From assembly GCA_929200405.1 (NCBI GenBank), contig CAKMZF010000002.1, positions 1 through 54,848 on the forward strand: a DNA stretch of 54,848 nucleotides, in the 5' to 3' direction. Under the pieces are notes generated by a model. It was not told the DNA's origin. It did not search any database and was given only the letters and a program-made list of their open reading frames with translations. The stretch is from an uncultured Gammaproteobacteria bacterium (GTDB lineage: Bacteria > Pseudomonadota > Gammaproteobacteria > Cardiobacteriales > CAKMZF01). The number at the start of each line of letters is the position of its first letter. Positions within the stretch are counted from its first letter, which is position 1. Below are positions 21,561-30,975 of the stretch, piece after piece. The position numbers and the translations under genes are program-made.

Positions 21561-22640
21561 ATGAATCCAAAAATTATTAGTAAATTAGAGTCCCTTTGTG
21601 AGCGCCATGAAGAAATTCAAGGCCTTTTAGCCTCACCAGAAATCATTAGCGACCAAAACAAATTCCGCGATCTATCTCAAGAGTATGCTCAGCTAGATCC
21701 AGTGGTTAAAGACTTTACCACCTTCCAAGAAGCTAATGACAACCTAGTAGCCGCACAGGAAATGTTAGAAGATAAAGAGTTAGCTGAAATGGCCGAGGTA
21801 GAAATGGAAGAAGCCAAAACCATCATGTCATCTCTAGAAAACAGCTTAAAGGTTCACCTCATACCCTCTGATCCACTCGATAAATCGAATATTTACTTAG
21901 AAATACGCGCAGGCACTGGGGGTGATGAAGCTGCAATTTTTGCTGGCGACCTATTCCGCATGTACAGTCGCTATGCCGAGAGCCTAAAATGGCAAGTAGA
22001 GGTAATGAGCGAGTCTCCCGGTGAGCATGGCGGTTATCGAGAGATCATCGCTAAAATAATCGGTTATGGCGCCTACTCAAAGCTCAAATTTGAGAGTGGT
22101 GCACACCGTGTACAGCGCGTGCCAGAGACTGAGTCTCAGGGCCGCGTTCACACCTCGGCTGCTACCGTGGCAGTTTTGCCAGAAGTGGAAGAAATAGATT
22201 CTTTCGTTGTCAACCCAGCTGACTTAAGAATAGACACCTATCGCGCTAGTGGCGCCGGTGGGCAGCACGTCAATCGTACAGACTCAGCGGTACGGCTAAC
22301 TCACTTACCAACAGGTTTAGTTGTGGAGTGCCAAGATGAGCGCTCCCAACACAAAAACAAAGCTAGAGCCATGTCATTGCTCTCAGCAAAGCTACTACAA
22401 CAAGAGCGAGACAAGCAGCATGGAGAACAATCTGAAGCACGAAAAAAGCTGGTTGGCAGCGGCGACAGAAGTGAGCGCATCCGAACTTACAACTTCCCGC
22501 AAGGTCGAATGACGGATCACCGAATTAATCTAACTTTATATCGACTAGAAGATGTTATCAGCGGTCAGGTTGACCTAGTTAGTGAACCGCTTAACCAAGA
22601 ATATCAAGCCGACATGCTAGCACAGTTGGGCGTTGAGTAA
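21561..22640 (+). CDS. prfA: Peptide chain release factor 1
   Basis: 359 aa containing the GGQ motif ([16 protein letters not shown]) and a PET tripeptide (RVPETESQG) at the position of the RF1 PxT recognition motif. There is no frameshift site. Confidence 0.95.
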   Translation: MNPKIISKLESLCERHEEIQGLLASPEIISDQNKFRDLSQEYAQLDPVVKDFTTFQEANDNLVAAQEMLEDKELAEMAEVEMEEAKTIMSSLENSLKVHLIPSDPLDKSNIYLEIRAGTGGDEAAIFAGDLFRMYSRYAESLKWQVEVMSESPGEHGGYREIIAKIIGYGAYSKLKFESGAHRVQRVPETESQGRVHTSAATVAVLPEVEEIDSFVVNPADLRIDTYRASGAGGQHVNRTDSAVRLTHLPTGLVVECQDERSQHKNKARAMSLLSAKLLQQERDKQHGEQSEARKKLVGSGDRSERIRTYNFPQGRMTDHRINLTLYRLEDVISGQVDLVSEPLNQEYQADMLAQLGVE

Positions 22641-23530
22641 TGCGCATAGAGCAATGGCTTTGCAATGCAAAGCCATTACTAGCCGCAGCTTTTGCTGACT
22701 CTCCGATTATCTATGGAGAAAACCAACAAAATACGCAACAACTGGTACAGCTTGAAGCGGAGCTACTGCTTTCTGAAGCATTACAAAAAAGCAGAGGTTA
22801 CCTTCGCAGTCACGGAGAAAAGCCATTAGATTCTCTAACTCTCGCCACGGCAACCAGACTGCTACAACAGAGAGCGAATGGCCACCCTATTGCCTACATC
22901 ACAGGGGTTCGGGAGTTTTTTGGTCGTGACTTTCTCTGCACTGCTGACACTCTCATTCCCAGACCTGACACCGAAACTCTCATTGAACATTGTCTCAGCT
23001 TACCACTAACAGCAAACAACTCCACAGTCCTTGATTTAGGCACTGGAACTGGCGCTATAGGCATCACACTCCAACTTGAAAAAACACAGTGGCGAGTGCA
23101 TTGTCTCGATATTTCTAAGTCAGCACTGGCGGTTGCGAATCAAAATGCCAGACATCTGAACGCTCAGGTAGAAATGATGTTCAGCGACTGGTTTTCTGCT
23201 GTGCAGGATAAAGAAAAGTATGCGCTCATTGTCAGCAATCCTCCCTACGTTGAGGATGCACATGAGCTACTAGCGCAAGGCGATGTTAAGTTTGAACCAC
23301 TTAGTGCTCTGATTAGCGGCAGTGATGGACTAGAAGATATTCGCAAGCTTATACAACAAGCCCCCACATTTTTAGAGACCGCTGGCTGGTTAGTACTAGA
23401 GCACGGCCATACACAACATCAACAGATACAACAGCTTTTGATAAATAGAGGATTTGAACGAGTGCAAACTGTTAACGACTTAACTGGCACCCCACGCATC
23501 ACCTCTGGCCAATGGGCAGCCGGAATTTGA
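22640..23530 (+). CDS. prmC: Release factor glutamine N5-methyltransferase
   Basis: 296 aa with the NPPY catalytic motif (VSNPPYV) and the SAM motif LDLGTGTGAIG. The start overlaps the prfA stop (TAATG). Confidence 0.92.
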   Translation: MRIEQWLCNAKPLLAAAFADSPIIYGENQQNTQQLVQLEAELLLSEALQKSRGYLRSHGEKPLDSLTLATATRLLQQRANGHPIAYITGVREFFGRDFLCTADTLIPRPDTETLIEHCLSLPLTANNSTVLDLGTGTGAIGITLQLEKTQWRVHCLDISKSALAVANQNARHLNAQVEMMFSDWFSAVQDKEKYALIVSNPPYVEDAHELLAQGDVKFEPLSALISGSDGLEDIRKLIQQAPTFLETAGWLVLEHGHTQHQQIQQLLINRGFERVQTVNDLTGTPRITSGQWAAGI

Positions 23531-23608
23531 ATTGAAGTAAACATTCGTTCTCTGCAGTCACAGCAGCCTATTTTCCACGCATCTACCATCGCTTAGTCAG
23601 GTTAGCTG

Positions 23609-24784
23609 CTAATCTTCCAGCAAATACCCGACTCGGCTCGACAAAACCTCACGGCCAACAATCTTGGCTATAGACCTGCCAGCCCAGACATATTTGGCCA
23701 CGTTACGCGAAATTACTATGCCATCCGCACCGGCACAAATGGGAACTCTTGTAATAAAGGCCCCCTCTCCTGATAAAGGAACTAATTCTGCAATAACTTG
23801 ACCTTTTTTAACTTTCTCGCCCAAATCGACCTGATAGGCCAACAAACCACTTTGGGAAACCCGTAGCATTTCCGTTGCAGCCAGCTCACTCGGTTTAGGC
23901 ATTGCTTTAGGCTTTATTGTTAACGCAACCTCAGCAACATCCCCTATTAGATTTCTAGCTTGAAAAAAACCAAATAATCTCTGCGCATCTTCTAAGTTCA
24001 CCGAGTCAAAAACATCATAGTTGCCACGGTATTCTACCGTACAAGCAATGGGAGGAGCTGGAAATGAATACTGCGGGTATTGCTTGGCAAGTTGTATCCA
24101 TAGTGATGGCCACACTTCATCAAAAGAGCCTCCACCACTATCCTCAGCGGTTAAAGTCGCTTTAGCCCCTATCCAATCCGACAGATCCTGAGCTGCTGGA
24201 TACAACTGCGGCACTGCAAACAAGTGCACCAGTGCATCCGCATCACAATGTAAATCTAAGACATAATCAGCGTCATAAGCCTCAGATATCAACCAGCGCT
24301 GCTGTTGCTCTCTAGCACTGACAGGCTGATACCCTTCTAGCCATTGCCAAACCAGTGAACGAACTATTTGTTGATTGTACTGTGCATCATCAGTCTTTAA
24401 GGTCGAGGAGTCTATGATAATTTGACTCAGAAGATCTGGCCATTTACGGTTAAAGTTTACCCCTGAGACTTTATCGAATCGCCCTTGATGTTGACCAAAC
24501 TCAATTTGCGACATCCCCACTGGATTTGCCATAGGAACAACCACAAACTCGGCACGTAAAGCCTGTGCTTTATCAGCCTTCAGTAACAAGTCTAATAAAT
24601 GATGCAACACCATAATGCCCGGCTGTTCATCTGCATGCAAGGCCGCTTGTAGATAAACTTTGGGATATTGCTTAAGCTTATTCGCCGACACATTTGGTGT
24701 GAAACGAAAGTAGCTTAATTCCGTGGTAACCCCCGGACTATCTCCATTTATTGTCTTTTGAACTAATTCAACCGACATATGCAC
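23609..24784 (-). CDS. Succinylglutamate desuccinylase/aspartoacylase (AstE/AspA, M14-like) family zinc hydrolase
   Basis: 391 aa with putative Zn ligands in LHADEQPG and LDLHCD, plus a C-terminal barrel-like domain (VKKGQVIAELVP). It is the last gene of the ABC transporter operon. Confidence 0.75.
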   Translation of the reverse strand: MHMSVELVQKTINGDSPGVTTELSYFRFTPNVSANKLKQYPKVYLQAALHADEQPGIMVLHHLLDLLLKADKAQALRAEFVVVPMANPVGMSQIEFGQHQGRFDKVSGVNFNRKWPDLLSQIIIDSSTLKTDDAQYNQQIVRSLVWQWLEGYQPVSAREQQQRWLISEAYDADYVLDLHCDADALVHLFAVPQLYPAAQDLSDWIGAKATLTAEDSGGGSFDEVWPSLWIQLAKQYPQYSFPAPPIACTVEYRGNYDVFDSVNLEDAQRLFGFFQARNLIGDVAEVALTIKPKAMPKPSELAATEMLRVSQSGLLAYQVDLGEKVKKGQVIAELVPLSGEGAFITRVPICAGADGIVISRNVAKYVWAGRSIAKIVGREVLSSRVGYLLED

Positions 24785-24811
24785 ATCTCCTAGAAACTCT
24801 GATCGTGACAG

Positions 24812-25564
24812 CTAGCGCACGTAATTAGGACGCACTTTCAGCTTTGATACTTTTTGGACTCGGTGCCGGTTCAAACGACGATTGATCAAATTAGAGATAT
24901 AAAACAACACTAGAGAAATAATAAGGAAATACAATGCCGCTACAGAATAGTGCGTGAATAGCGCATAATCTTTTTCAAATAACTCGCCAGCCTTGTTCAT
25001 CAAATCTTTTTGTTCATTTATCACGGGTAGCGTAAAGTAAACCAATGCTGTGGCATGAAACAAAAAGATAACCTCATTGGTATATGATGGCCACGCCAAA
25101 CGAATCATATTCGGCCAAGTAACCGCTTTGAAGGTCTGTCTGCCACTCATACCAACCGCTTTTGCGGCTTCTATTTCTCCTCGAGGGACATTTTTAAGCG
25201 CGCCATAAAATATCTCAGCAGCATAAGCAGCACTGTTTAAGGTCAACACAAATGGTCCTAGAAACAATGGATGCAAGACGATATGATCAATACCCATTGG
25301 CTTGAGATACGCTTGATTCAAAGACAGCGCAATGCTGTAGAACATAAAAAACTGCACAAATAATGGCGAACCTCTAAAGGCATAGATATATCCACGAGAG
25401 AAATTACTCAATAGCCAATTGGGACTATTTTTACCAAGCGCTAAGACTAACGCAAAGGGAAAACTAATAGGGATAGCCGCTAAAGCAAAATACAGATTAA
25501 ATAATGCTGGTTTAGCCAATACCGGTATATCTTGAACAAAAGAACTATTAAGCAACCAATCCAT
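24812..25564 (-). CDS. Polar amino acid ABC transporter permease (HisM/OccM-like)
   Basis: 250 aa and multi-TM, with an EAA-like loop EIEAAKAVGMSGRQTFKAVTWP. The start overlaps the upstream permease stop by 1 nt. Confidence 0.88.
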   Translation of the reverse strand: MDWLLNSSFVQDIPVLAKPALFNLYFALAAIPISFPFALVLALGKNSPNWLLSNFSRGYIYAFRGSPLFVQFFMFYSIALSLNQAYLKPMGIDHIVLHPLFLGPFVLTLNSAAYAAEIFYGALKNVPRGEIEAAKAVGMSGRQTFKAVTWPNMIRLAWPSYTNEVIFLFHATALVYFTLPVINEQKDLMNKAGELFEKDYALFTHYSVAALYFLIISLVLFYISNLINRRLNRHRVQKVSKLKVRPNYVR

Positions 25565-26391
25565 TATCTCACCTCAATCATGCCACGACCCGCTCGTGAT
25601 TGAAGCCAATTAAAGAATCGCTCGGAGACATAGGCTAAGATAATATAAAACACAAATAGCACCAAATAGTACTTCCAGCGCCAGTCATCATGGATTAGCC
25701 CTTTAAAAGCAACATAGTTAGCAGCTCCCAGACGTTCTGCCCATAAGACAATGTCTGGTATTTGCAATAATGACAATAGAGAAGTTGCCTTCACTAAAAG
25801 CATCCACACATTAGAGAGCCCCGGCAATGCATAAACCCACATCTGACGAACTTTAATATTCCAAAAAATCTGTTTTGGAGAAAAACCATAAGCCATAGCA
25901 GCTTCTAATTGCCCTTTTGGGACAGCCTGCATAGCACCATGTATAACATTAGCAGCAAAGGCACCATAAACAATACCAAAGGTAACACAGGCCATTAACA
26001 AATACTCGGTCGTAGTCAAATACCACTGCGCATCAGCACAGGGTGGCCACGTAGAGCCGTCCGCCAGCTCAGCACTGGTACAGCTTGCTTGAGCAAGAAA
26101 ATACTCAACTGTTTGCTCAAATGCTAGGGGTAAAAATAGAAAAAATAGCACATCGGGAATACCCCGAAGCATATTGGTATAAACTGTTCCAATCAAGCGT
26201 AAACCCGACCATTTGGACTGTTTTAGTCCTGCACCGATAAGGCCAAAAAATACCGCGAATAGCGCACCTAATACAGCAGCAATTAAAGTAAAGCGCACAC
26301 TGGCATACCATGCCAAATGTTTGCCATTAGTGATGTATTCAATACTTGATTGCCAGTCCATAGGAAACCAGCCAATGAAGGTGTCCAACAT
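25564..26391 (-). CDS. Polar amino acid ABC transporter permease (HisQ/OccQ-like) with an extra Cys-containing loop
   Basis: 275 aa with an EAA-like loop QLEAAMAYGFSPKQIFWNIKV. It carries an inserted hydrophilic segment AQASCTSAELADGSTWPPCADAQWY. Confidence 0.85.
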   Translation of the reverse strand: MLDTFIGWFPMDWQSSIEYITNGKHLAWYASVRFTLIAAVLGALFAVFFGLIGAGLKQSKWSGLRLIGTVYTNMLRGIPDVLFFLFLPLAFEQTVEYFLAQASCTSAELADGSTWPPCADAQWYLTTTEYLLMACVTFGIVYGAFAANVIHGAMQAVPKGQLEAAMAYGFSPKQIFWNIKVRQMWVYALPGLSNVWMLLVKATSLLSLLQIPDIVLWAERLGAANYVAFKGLIHDDWRWKYYLVLFVFYIILAYVSERFFNWLQSRAGRGMIEVR

Positions 26392-26451
26392 TTTTATTAT
26401 TCTTTAAACAGACGCCATCTCAAAAAGATGGCGCTAAATGATAGGATGGGA

Positions 26452-27204
26452 TTATTGTGCGAAGAATGGCCCTTTATCAAAGTACTGCTTGATTAGCTTG
26501 TCTACGGTGCCATCAGCTTTAAGTACTACTATTGCATCATCAATGGCTTTTAACAACTCTGTATCTTTTTGACGAAGACCAGCAGCAACGCCACCGCCAA
26601 TAGCCACAGGCTCACCAACGAAAGAAATACTGCCTAGAGCATTCACTACTGGCTCTAAAAAGCTAGCATCTGCCATCAAGATATCTACGTTACCACCGAT
26701 TAAATCAGCGATTGATTGGTCAGGATTTTCATAAGATAAAACATCATTATCAGCACCAAATGTCTCATTCACATAATCAGCTTGAATAGTTGCACCTTGC
26801 ACACCAATTTTCTTGCCTTTTAGATTAGCAAAATCAAATTCCATATCCTTTGCAGCGGCAAAACGTGATGGGTCAGGTGGGAAGTATTCAGCAGTAAAGT
26901 TAATAGTCTCTTTACGCTCATCTGTTACTGACATGCCCGCCATGATTGCATCATAGTTACCAGCGATCAAGTTAGGAATAATTGAATCCCATTCATTCTG
27001 AACGAACTCACACTTATAGCTAATTTTTTCACAGATAGCATTACCTAAATCAATCTCATAGCCTGCTAACTTACCATCATCATCTAGATAGTTCCAAGGG
27101 GCATATGCTCCCTCTGTACCTATGCGCAAAGTGTTACCTGCTTGTGCTGACATGCTCGATGCAACAACAGCTGCAACAGCCATAGTAGTTAATAGTTTTC
27201 TCAT
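26452..27204 (-). CDS. Periplasmic polar (basic amino acid/opine-type) substrate-binding protein
   Basis: A signal peptide (MRKLLTTMAVAAVVASSMSAQA) precedes a type-3 SBP fold (RIGTEGAYAPWNY). The ATG at 27204 has GGAGA 5 nt upstream; the track start is 12 nt further up. Confidence 0.85.
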   Translation of the reverse strand: MRKLLTTMAVAAVVASSMSAQAGNTLRIGTEGAYAPWNYLDDDGKLAGYEIDLGNAICEKISYKCEFVQNEWDSIIPNLIAGNYDAIMAGMSVTDERKETINFTAEYFPPDPSRFAAAKDMEFDFANLKGKKIGVQGATIQADYVNETFGADNDVLSYENPDQSIADLIGGNVDILMADASFLEPVVNALGSISFVGEPVAIGGGVAAGLRQKDTELLKAIDDAIVVLKADGTVDKLIKQYFDKGPFFAQ

Positions 27205-27256
27205 AGTTATCTCCAAACCTCATGATTAAAAAACAAACTCTGTACAGTAAAGGAGG

Positions 27257-28027
27257 TCAACTTCCTGTATTAGATAAAAATTGCTGCAGCCTTTCTGATT
27301 TTGGATTATTAAATAGCTCCTGAGGTTCGCCAGCTTCCTCGATTAAGCCTTGATGCAGAAAAATAGCTTTATTTGAAACATCTCTTGCAAAGCTCATCTC
27401 GTGAGTTACAACCACCATTGTTGTGCCCTCATCGGCCAGTTGGCGCATAACATTTAACACTTCACCAACTAACTCTGGATCTAGTGCAGAAGTTGGCTCG
27501 TCAAATAAAATTGCCTCCGGACGCATAGCCAAAGCACGCGCAATAGCCACACGCTGCTGCTGCCCACCAGATAATTGTGTTGGATAAACATCCGCTTTTT
27601 GGGCAATGCCGACTTTTTCCAAATACACCATCGCTTGATCTATCGCCTCAACCTTGTCCACACCCAACACTCTGACTGGTGCCTCTATGACATTTTGCAA
27701 AATAGTTAGATGAGACCATAGATTAAACTGTTGGAAAACCATGCCTATACGCGACCGAAATCGTTGCACTTGCTTCTGATCCGATACAATGCGCTGCTTT
27801 TGTCGATTATGGCTAAATACTAAAGACTCTCCATTAAGTGCGATTTCACCTGTATCAGGCATTTCCAATAGATTCAAACAGCGTAAGAAAGTCGATTTTC
27901 CAGAACCAGAGGAGCCAATCATTGAAATGACATCACCTTTCTGAGCCTCTAAAGAAAGGCCATGCAAAACCTCTAGCTCTCCAAAAGACTTTTTGATATT
28001 CTGTACCGATAAAACAGCAGTGCTCAT
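27257..28027 (-). CDS. Polar amino acid ABC transporter ATP-binding protein (HisP-like)
   Basis: 256 aa with Walker A GSSGSGKST, the signature LSGGQQQRVAIARAL and Walker B ILFDEPTSALD. Confidence 0.93.
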   Translation of the reverse strand: MSTAVLSVQNIKKSFGELEVLHGLSLEAQKGDVISMIGSSGSGKSTFLRCLNLLEMPDTGEIALNGESLVFSHNRQKQRIVSDQKQVQRFRSRIGMVFQQFNLWSHLTILQNVIEAPVRVLGVDKVEAIDQAMVYLEKVGIAQKADVYPTQLSGGQQQRVAIARALAMRPEAILFDEPTSALDPELVGEVLNVMRQLADEGTTMVVVTHEMSFARDVSNKAIFLHQGLIEEAGEPQELFNNPKSERLQQFLSNTGS

Positions 28028-28201
28028 ATTTTTTTACAGTTAAGTTAATGCCATAGCAACAAACAAGAATCTCTCTTCCCGTTGATCTACGTAGAGTACG
28101 AAATACCAATGCAAAAGACAAGTAAAATATCATCTCATTCTTTTATATAGCGTCCAACCAATCGCACATTCACCCAGCTCAAAATCATTATTCACAGATA
28201 T

Positions 28202-28233
28202 AAAAAAACCCAAGATGGTCACCATCTTGGGTT
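28202..28233 (-). terminator. Rho-independent terminator of adk
   Basis: The near-perfect palindrome AACCCAAGATGGT-C-ACCATCTTGGGTT is followed, on the minus strand, by a run of 7 T. It lies 37 nt past the adk stop. Confidence 0.8.
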
Positions 28234-28269
28234 TTGCGGCTGAACTTTTAACTGACTTCTTAGGAACAA

Positions 28270-28818
28270 TTAGGCCAATGCAGCCTCAATACGTGTCGCT
28301 ATTTCATCCATCTCGCCAAGCCCATCTACATTCTTAAGCAACGACTTCGATTCATAGTAAGCAACCAACGGCTTAGTCTGCGCCTCGTAGACTGCTAAGC
28401 GGCTGCGGATAGTCTCTTCGTTATCATCAGCACGTCCGCGTCCTAATAGACGATTGGTAATTTCATCAAATGGAACTTCGAAAAATAGCACAGTGTCTAT
28501 TGGCTGTCCTAGCTCTGCCAACATAGCATCCAAACCTACCGCTTGCACTTCCGTACGCGGAAAACCATCGAGCATGAATCCTTTTTCGCAATCATCAGCT
28601 TGCAAGCGCGAACGAACCATGCCCAACATAATATCATCAGATACTAATTGTCCTGCATCCATAATCGCTTTTGCTTTAACGCCAAGCTCAGTACCAGCAC
28701 TCACCTCTGCCCGCAATAAATCACCGGTAGATATATGAGCAATATTATGTTTTGCCGTAATTTTCTCTGCCTGTGTTCCTTTACCCGATCCTGGGGCGCC
28801 TAATAGTATGATGCGCAT
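28270..28818 (-). CDS. adk: Adenylate kinase, short-LID form
   Basis: 182 aa with [17 protein letters not shown] and LLDGFPRT-like motifs. The LID region is reduced to [12 protein letters not shown]. Confidence 0.93.
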   Translation of the reverse strand: MRIILLGAPGSGKGTQAEKITAKHNIAHISTGDLLRAEVSAGTELGVKAKAIMDAGQLVSDDIMLGMVRSRLQADDCEKGFMLDGFPRTEVQAVGLDAMLAELGQPIDTVLFFEVPFDEITNRLLGRGRADDNEETIRSRLAVYEAQTKPLVAYYESKSLLKNVDGLGEMDEIATRIEAALA

Positions 28819-29114
28819 ATCTTTCTCCTCACTATCTCAAAATTTGAGCATAATAATAGCATGAAAATCTTGATTTTCTTTTCTAATTACGCTGCACTAT
28901 TTATGTGGATAGTACCAATAACGCATCATCTCAATCCTCTGTGCGAGAAATCTTACTCTCTTCAGCTTGCATAACACTCACTTTCAAGGCATTCCTCAGT
29001 CTCTTAGCGGTAATCATTAAATAGGTTCGACATAAACCCTCTAGCCAATGGCGTATTAACTACAAACTTAGCATATATTCCTGTATATGATATAAAGAAA
29101 AATAGGAGAAGTTC

Positions 29115-30671
29115 ATGCCAAGTTTACAACCTAGTACTCAACGTCGCAGAAGCAATCGCAGCAATAGAGCAGAGCTTAATAAACAACGAAAACATAGCGA
29201 TCAACAACTGCCTTTTCAACAGTTTCAATACCCCTATCCACCTACTGAGATTGCCTCTCAAGAAATAATTGAGCGCATTCACAATGCCTCCATCAAAATC
29301 CTAAAAGAACTAGGGATTGTCTACCTACACGATGGAGCTAGAGAAAAACTCAAACAAGCTGGCGCCAAAGTTATCGACAAAACGGTTTTTATGGATGAGG
29401 ACTTTGTAAACCATCATCTGCAAACCGCGCCCTCGGCTTTCACGTTACATGCCAGAAATCCAGCACATAATTTGCGTATTGGCGATAATTATGTCGCCTT
29501 CACTTCTGTCGCCAGCGCGCCCAATAGTCATGACCGCCAAGGTGGTAGAAGGACTGGGAACTTTAATGACTACTGCAATTTCCTACGCCTAGGCCAACAA
29601 TTAAATACAGTACATATGTTTGGTGGCTACCCTGTGGAACCTATTGATTTGCCCGTAGCCACTCGCCACTTACATGCTATAAAAGCTTTTATAGAGCTAA
29701 CAGATAAACCGTTCCATGCTTATTCCCTTGGTGCCGAACGCATTCTGGATGCACTGGAAATCACAGCTAGAGCTTTTTCAATCACGATGGAAGACCTCAA
29801 ACAAAAGCCCGTGCTTTTTTCAGTCATTAACACCAATTCGCCATTGCAACTTGACACCCCAATGCTCGACGGACTGATGGCAATGGCCGAATATAATCAA
29901 CCCGTTGCCATTACCCCCTTTACCCTCTCAGGGGCGATGGCACCAGCGACCATTGCTGGCGCCCTTTCTTTGCAGAACGCTGAAGCGCTATCAGGCATCG
30001 TAATGACACAAGTCACCAATCCCGGAGCACCTGTTTTATATGGCGGATTCACCTCAAATGTAGATATGAAATCAGGCTCACCCGCTTTTGGAACCCCTGA
30101 ATATATAAAATCTGCTCAAATCGGCGGGCAATTAGCGCGATATTATAATATCCCGTTCCGCTCCTCTAACGTCAATGCAGCCAATACCCTTGACGCCCAG
30201 TCCGCATGGGAAAGCGCTTTCTCTTTACAAGGCGCACTGGGTGGACAATGTAATATGCTTATGCACGGTGCAGGTTGGATGGAAGGTGGTCTAGTCGCCT
30301 CTTTTGAGAAAATGGTCATGGATGCAGAGCTATTAGGCTATATGCAATCTTATTATACACCGCTAAGTTTTGAAGAAGAGGACTTTGGCTTTGAGGCAAT
30401 TAAATCTGTAGGCCCCGGCGGTCATTTCTTTGGCTGTGAACACACCCTTGCACGTTATGAGAATGCCTTTCACACACCATTGCTAGCCGATTGGCGTAAC
30501 AATGAAACATGGCTTGAGGCGGACTCACCAACTACTTTTGACCATGCAGAGAAGCGCTATCAGTCACTTCTAGAGAACTATCAACAGCCGAATTTAGAGA
30601 TTTCCATCAAAGAATCTATAGAAGAGTATATTTCAAAAAGAGAAGCGGCTGGTGGAGCTCCGACACTATAA
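29115..30671 (+). CDS. MttB-superfamily (trimethylamine methyltransferase family) protein, non-pyrrolysine class; substrate unknown
   Basis: 518 aa uninterrupted ORF with no in-frame TAG. It has a basic N-terminal leader (QRRRSNRSNRAELNKQRKH) and the size and TIM-barrel-type sequence of proteobacterial MttB homologues. AGGAGA (29104-29109) lies 5 nt upstream of the ATG. Confidence 0.8.
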   Translation: MPSLQPSTQRRRSNRSNRAELNKQRKHSDQQLPFQQFQYPYPPTEIASQEIIERIHNASIKILKELGIVYLHDGAREKLKQAGAKVIDKTVFMDEDFVNHHLQTAPSAFTLHARNPAHNLRIGDNYVAFTSVASAPNSHDRQGGRRTGNFNDYCNFLRLGQQLNTVHMFGGYPVEPIDLPVATRHLHAIKAFIELTDKPFHAYSLGAERILDALEITARAFSITMEDLKQKPVLFSVINTNSPLQLDTPMLDGLMAMAEYNQPVAITPFTLSGAMAPATIAGALSLQNAEALSGIVMTQVTNPGAPVLYGGFTSNVDMKSGSPAFGTPEYIKSAQIGGQLARYYNIPFRSSNVNAANTLDAQSAWESAFSLQGALGGQCNMLMHGAGWMEGGLVASFEKMVMDAELLGYMQSYYTPLSFEEEDFGFEAIKSVGPGGHFFGCEHTLARYENAFHTPLLADWRNNETWLEADSPTTFDHAEKRYQSLLENYQQPNLEISIKESIEEYISKREAAGGAPTL

Positions 30672-30696
30672 CAACCAACGCTGTCGAGAAAAAGAT

Positions 30697-30729
30697 AAAA
30701 AAAAGCGAGTCATTGACCCGCTTTTTTTT
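30697..30729 (+). terminator. Rho-independent terminator after the mttB-family gene
   Basis: AAAAGCGAGTCATTGACCCGCTTTTTTTT forms a 7-position stem with one mismatch and a 3-nt loop, followed by a run of 8 T. Confidence 0.6.
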
Positions 30730-30975
30730 GCTACTGATAACAGACTTGAATTTAACAGCAACGATCTCTCCTCGAACTCTGCTCATGATATTGATTTGCA
30801 CATTTATGATTATTTTTACGTTGCGCCACAATGACCACGTTACAACTTGCATTTGATACAGAACAATTTGTACGGACACAATTTTACGGTAAAAATCATA
30901 TTTTTCAAGCGAAAAAGCATAAATCGCGGTATATTTACCCAATAAGATAATAAAAACTCAAACAATCCAATAGAT

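Noticed and set aside
28819-29114. Possible cobalamin or other riboswitch in the 296-bp leader of the mttB-family gene.
   Set aside because: I could not find a B12-box-like core or extended conserved helices by eye. The region is AT-rich with little pairing potential. A covariance-model scan (Rfam) would be needed to exclude this fully.
29115-30671. Possibility that the mttB-family gene encodes pyrrolysine through an in-frame UAG.
   Set aside because: The ORF is continuous for 518 codons with no internal TAG. It therefore belongs to the non-Pyl class.
30616-30942. 108-aa minus-strand ORF, and the 60-aa plus-strand ORF at 30652-30834, in the mttB-mtgA spacer.
   Set aside because: Both overlap the mttB 3' end and read through the mttB terminator hairpin and T-run. 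They have no SD, and their AT-rich-derived composition is Ile/Phe/Lys heavy.
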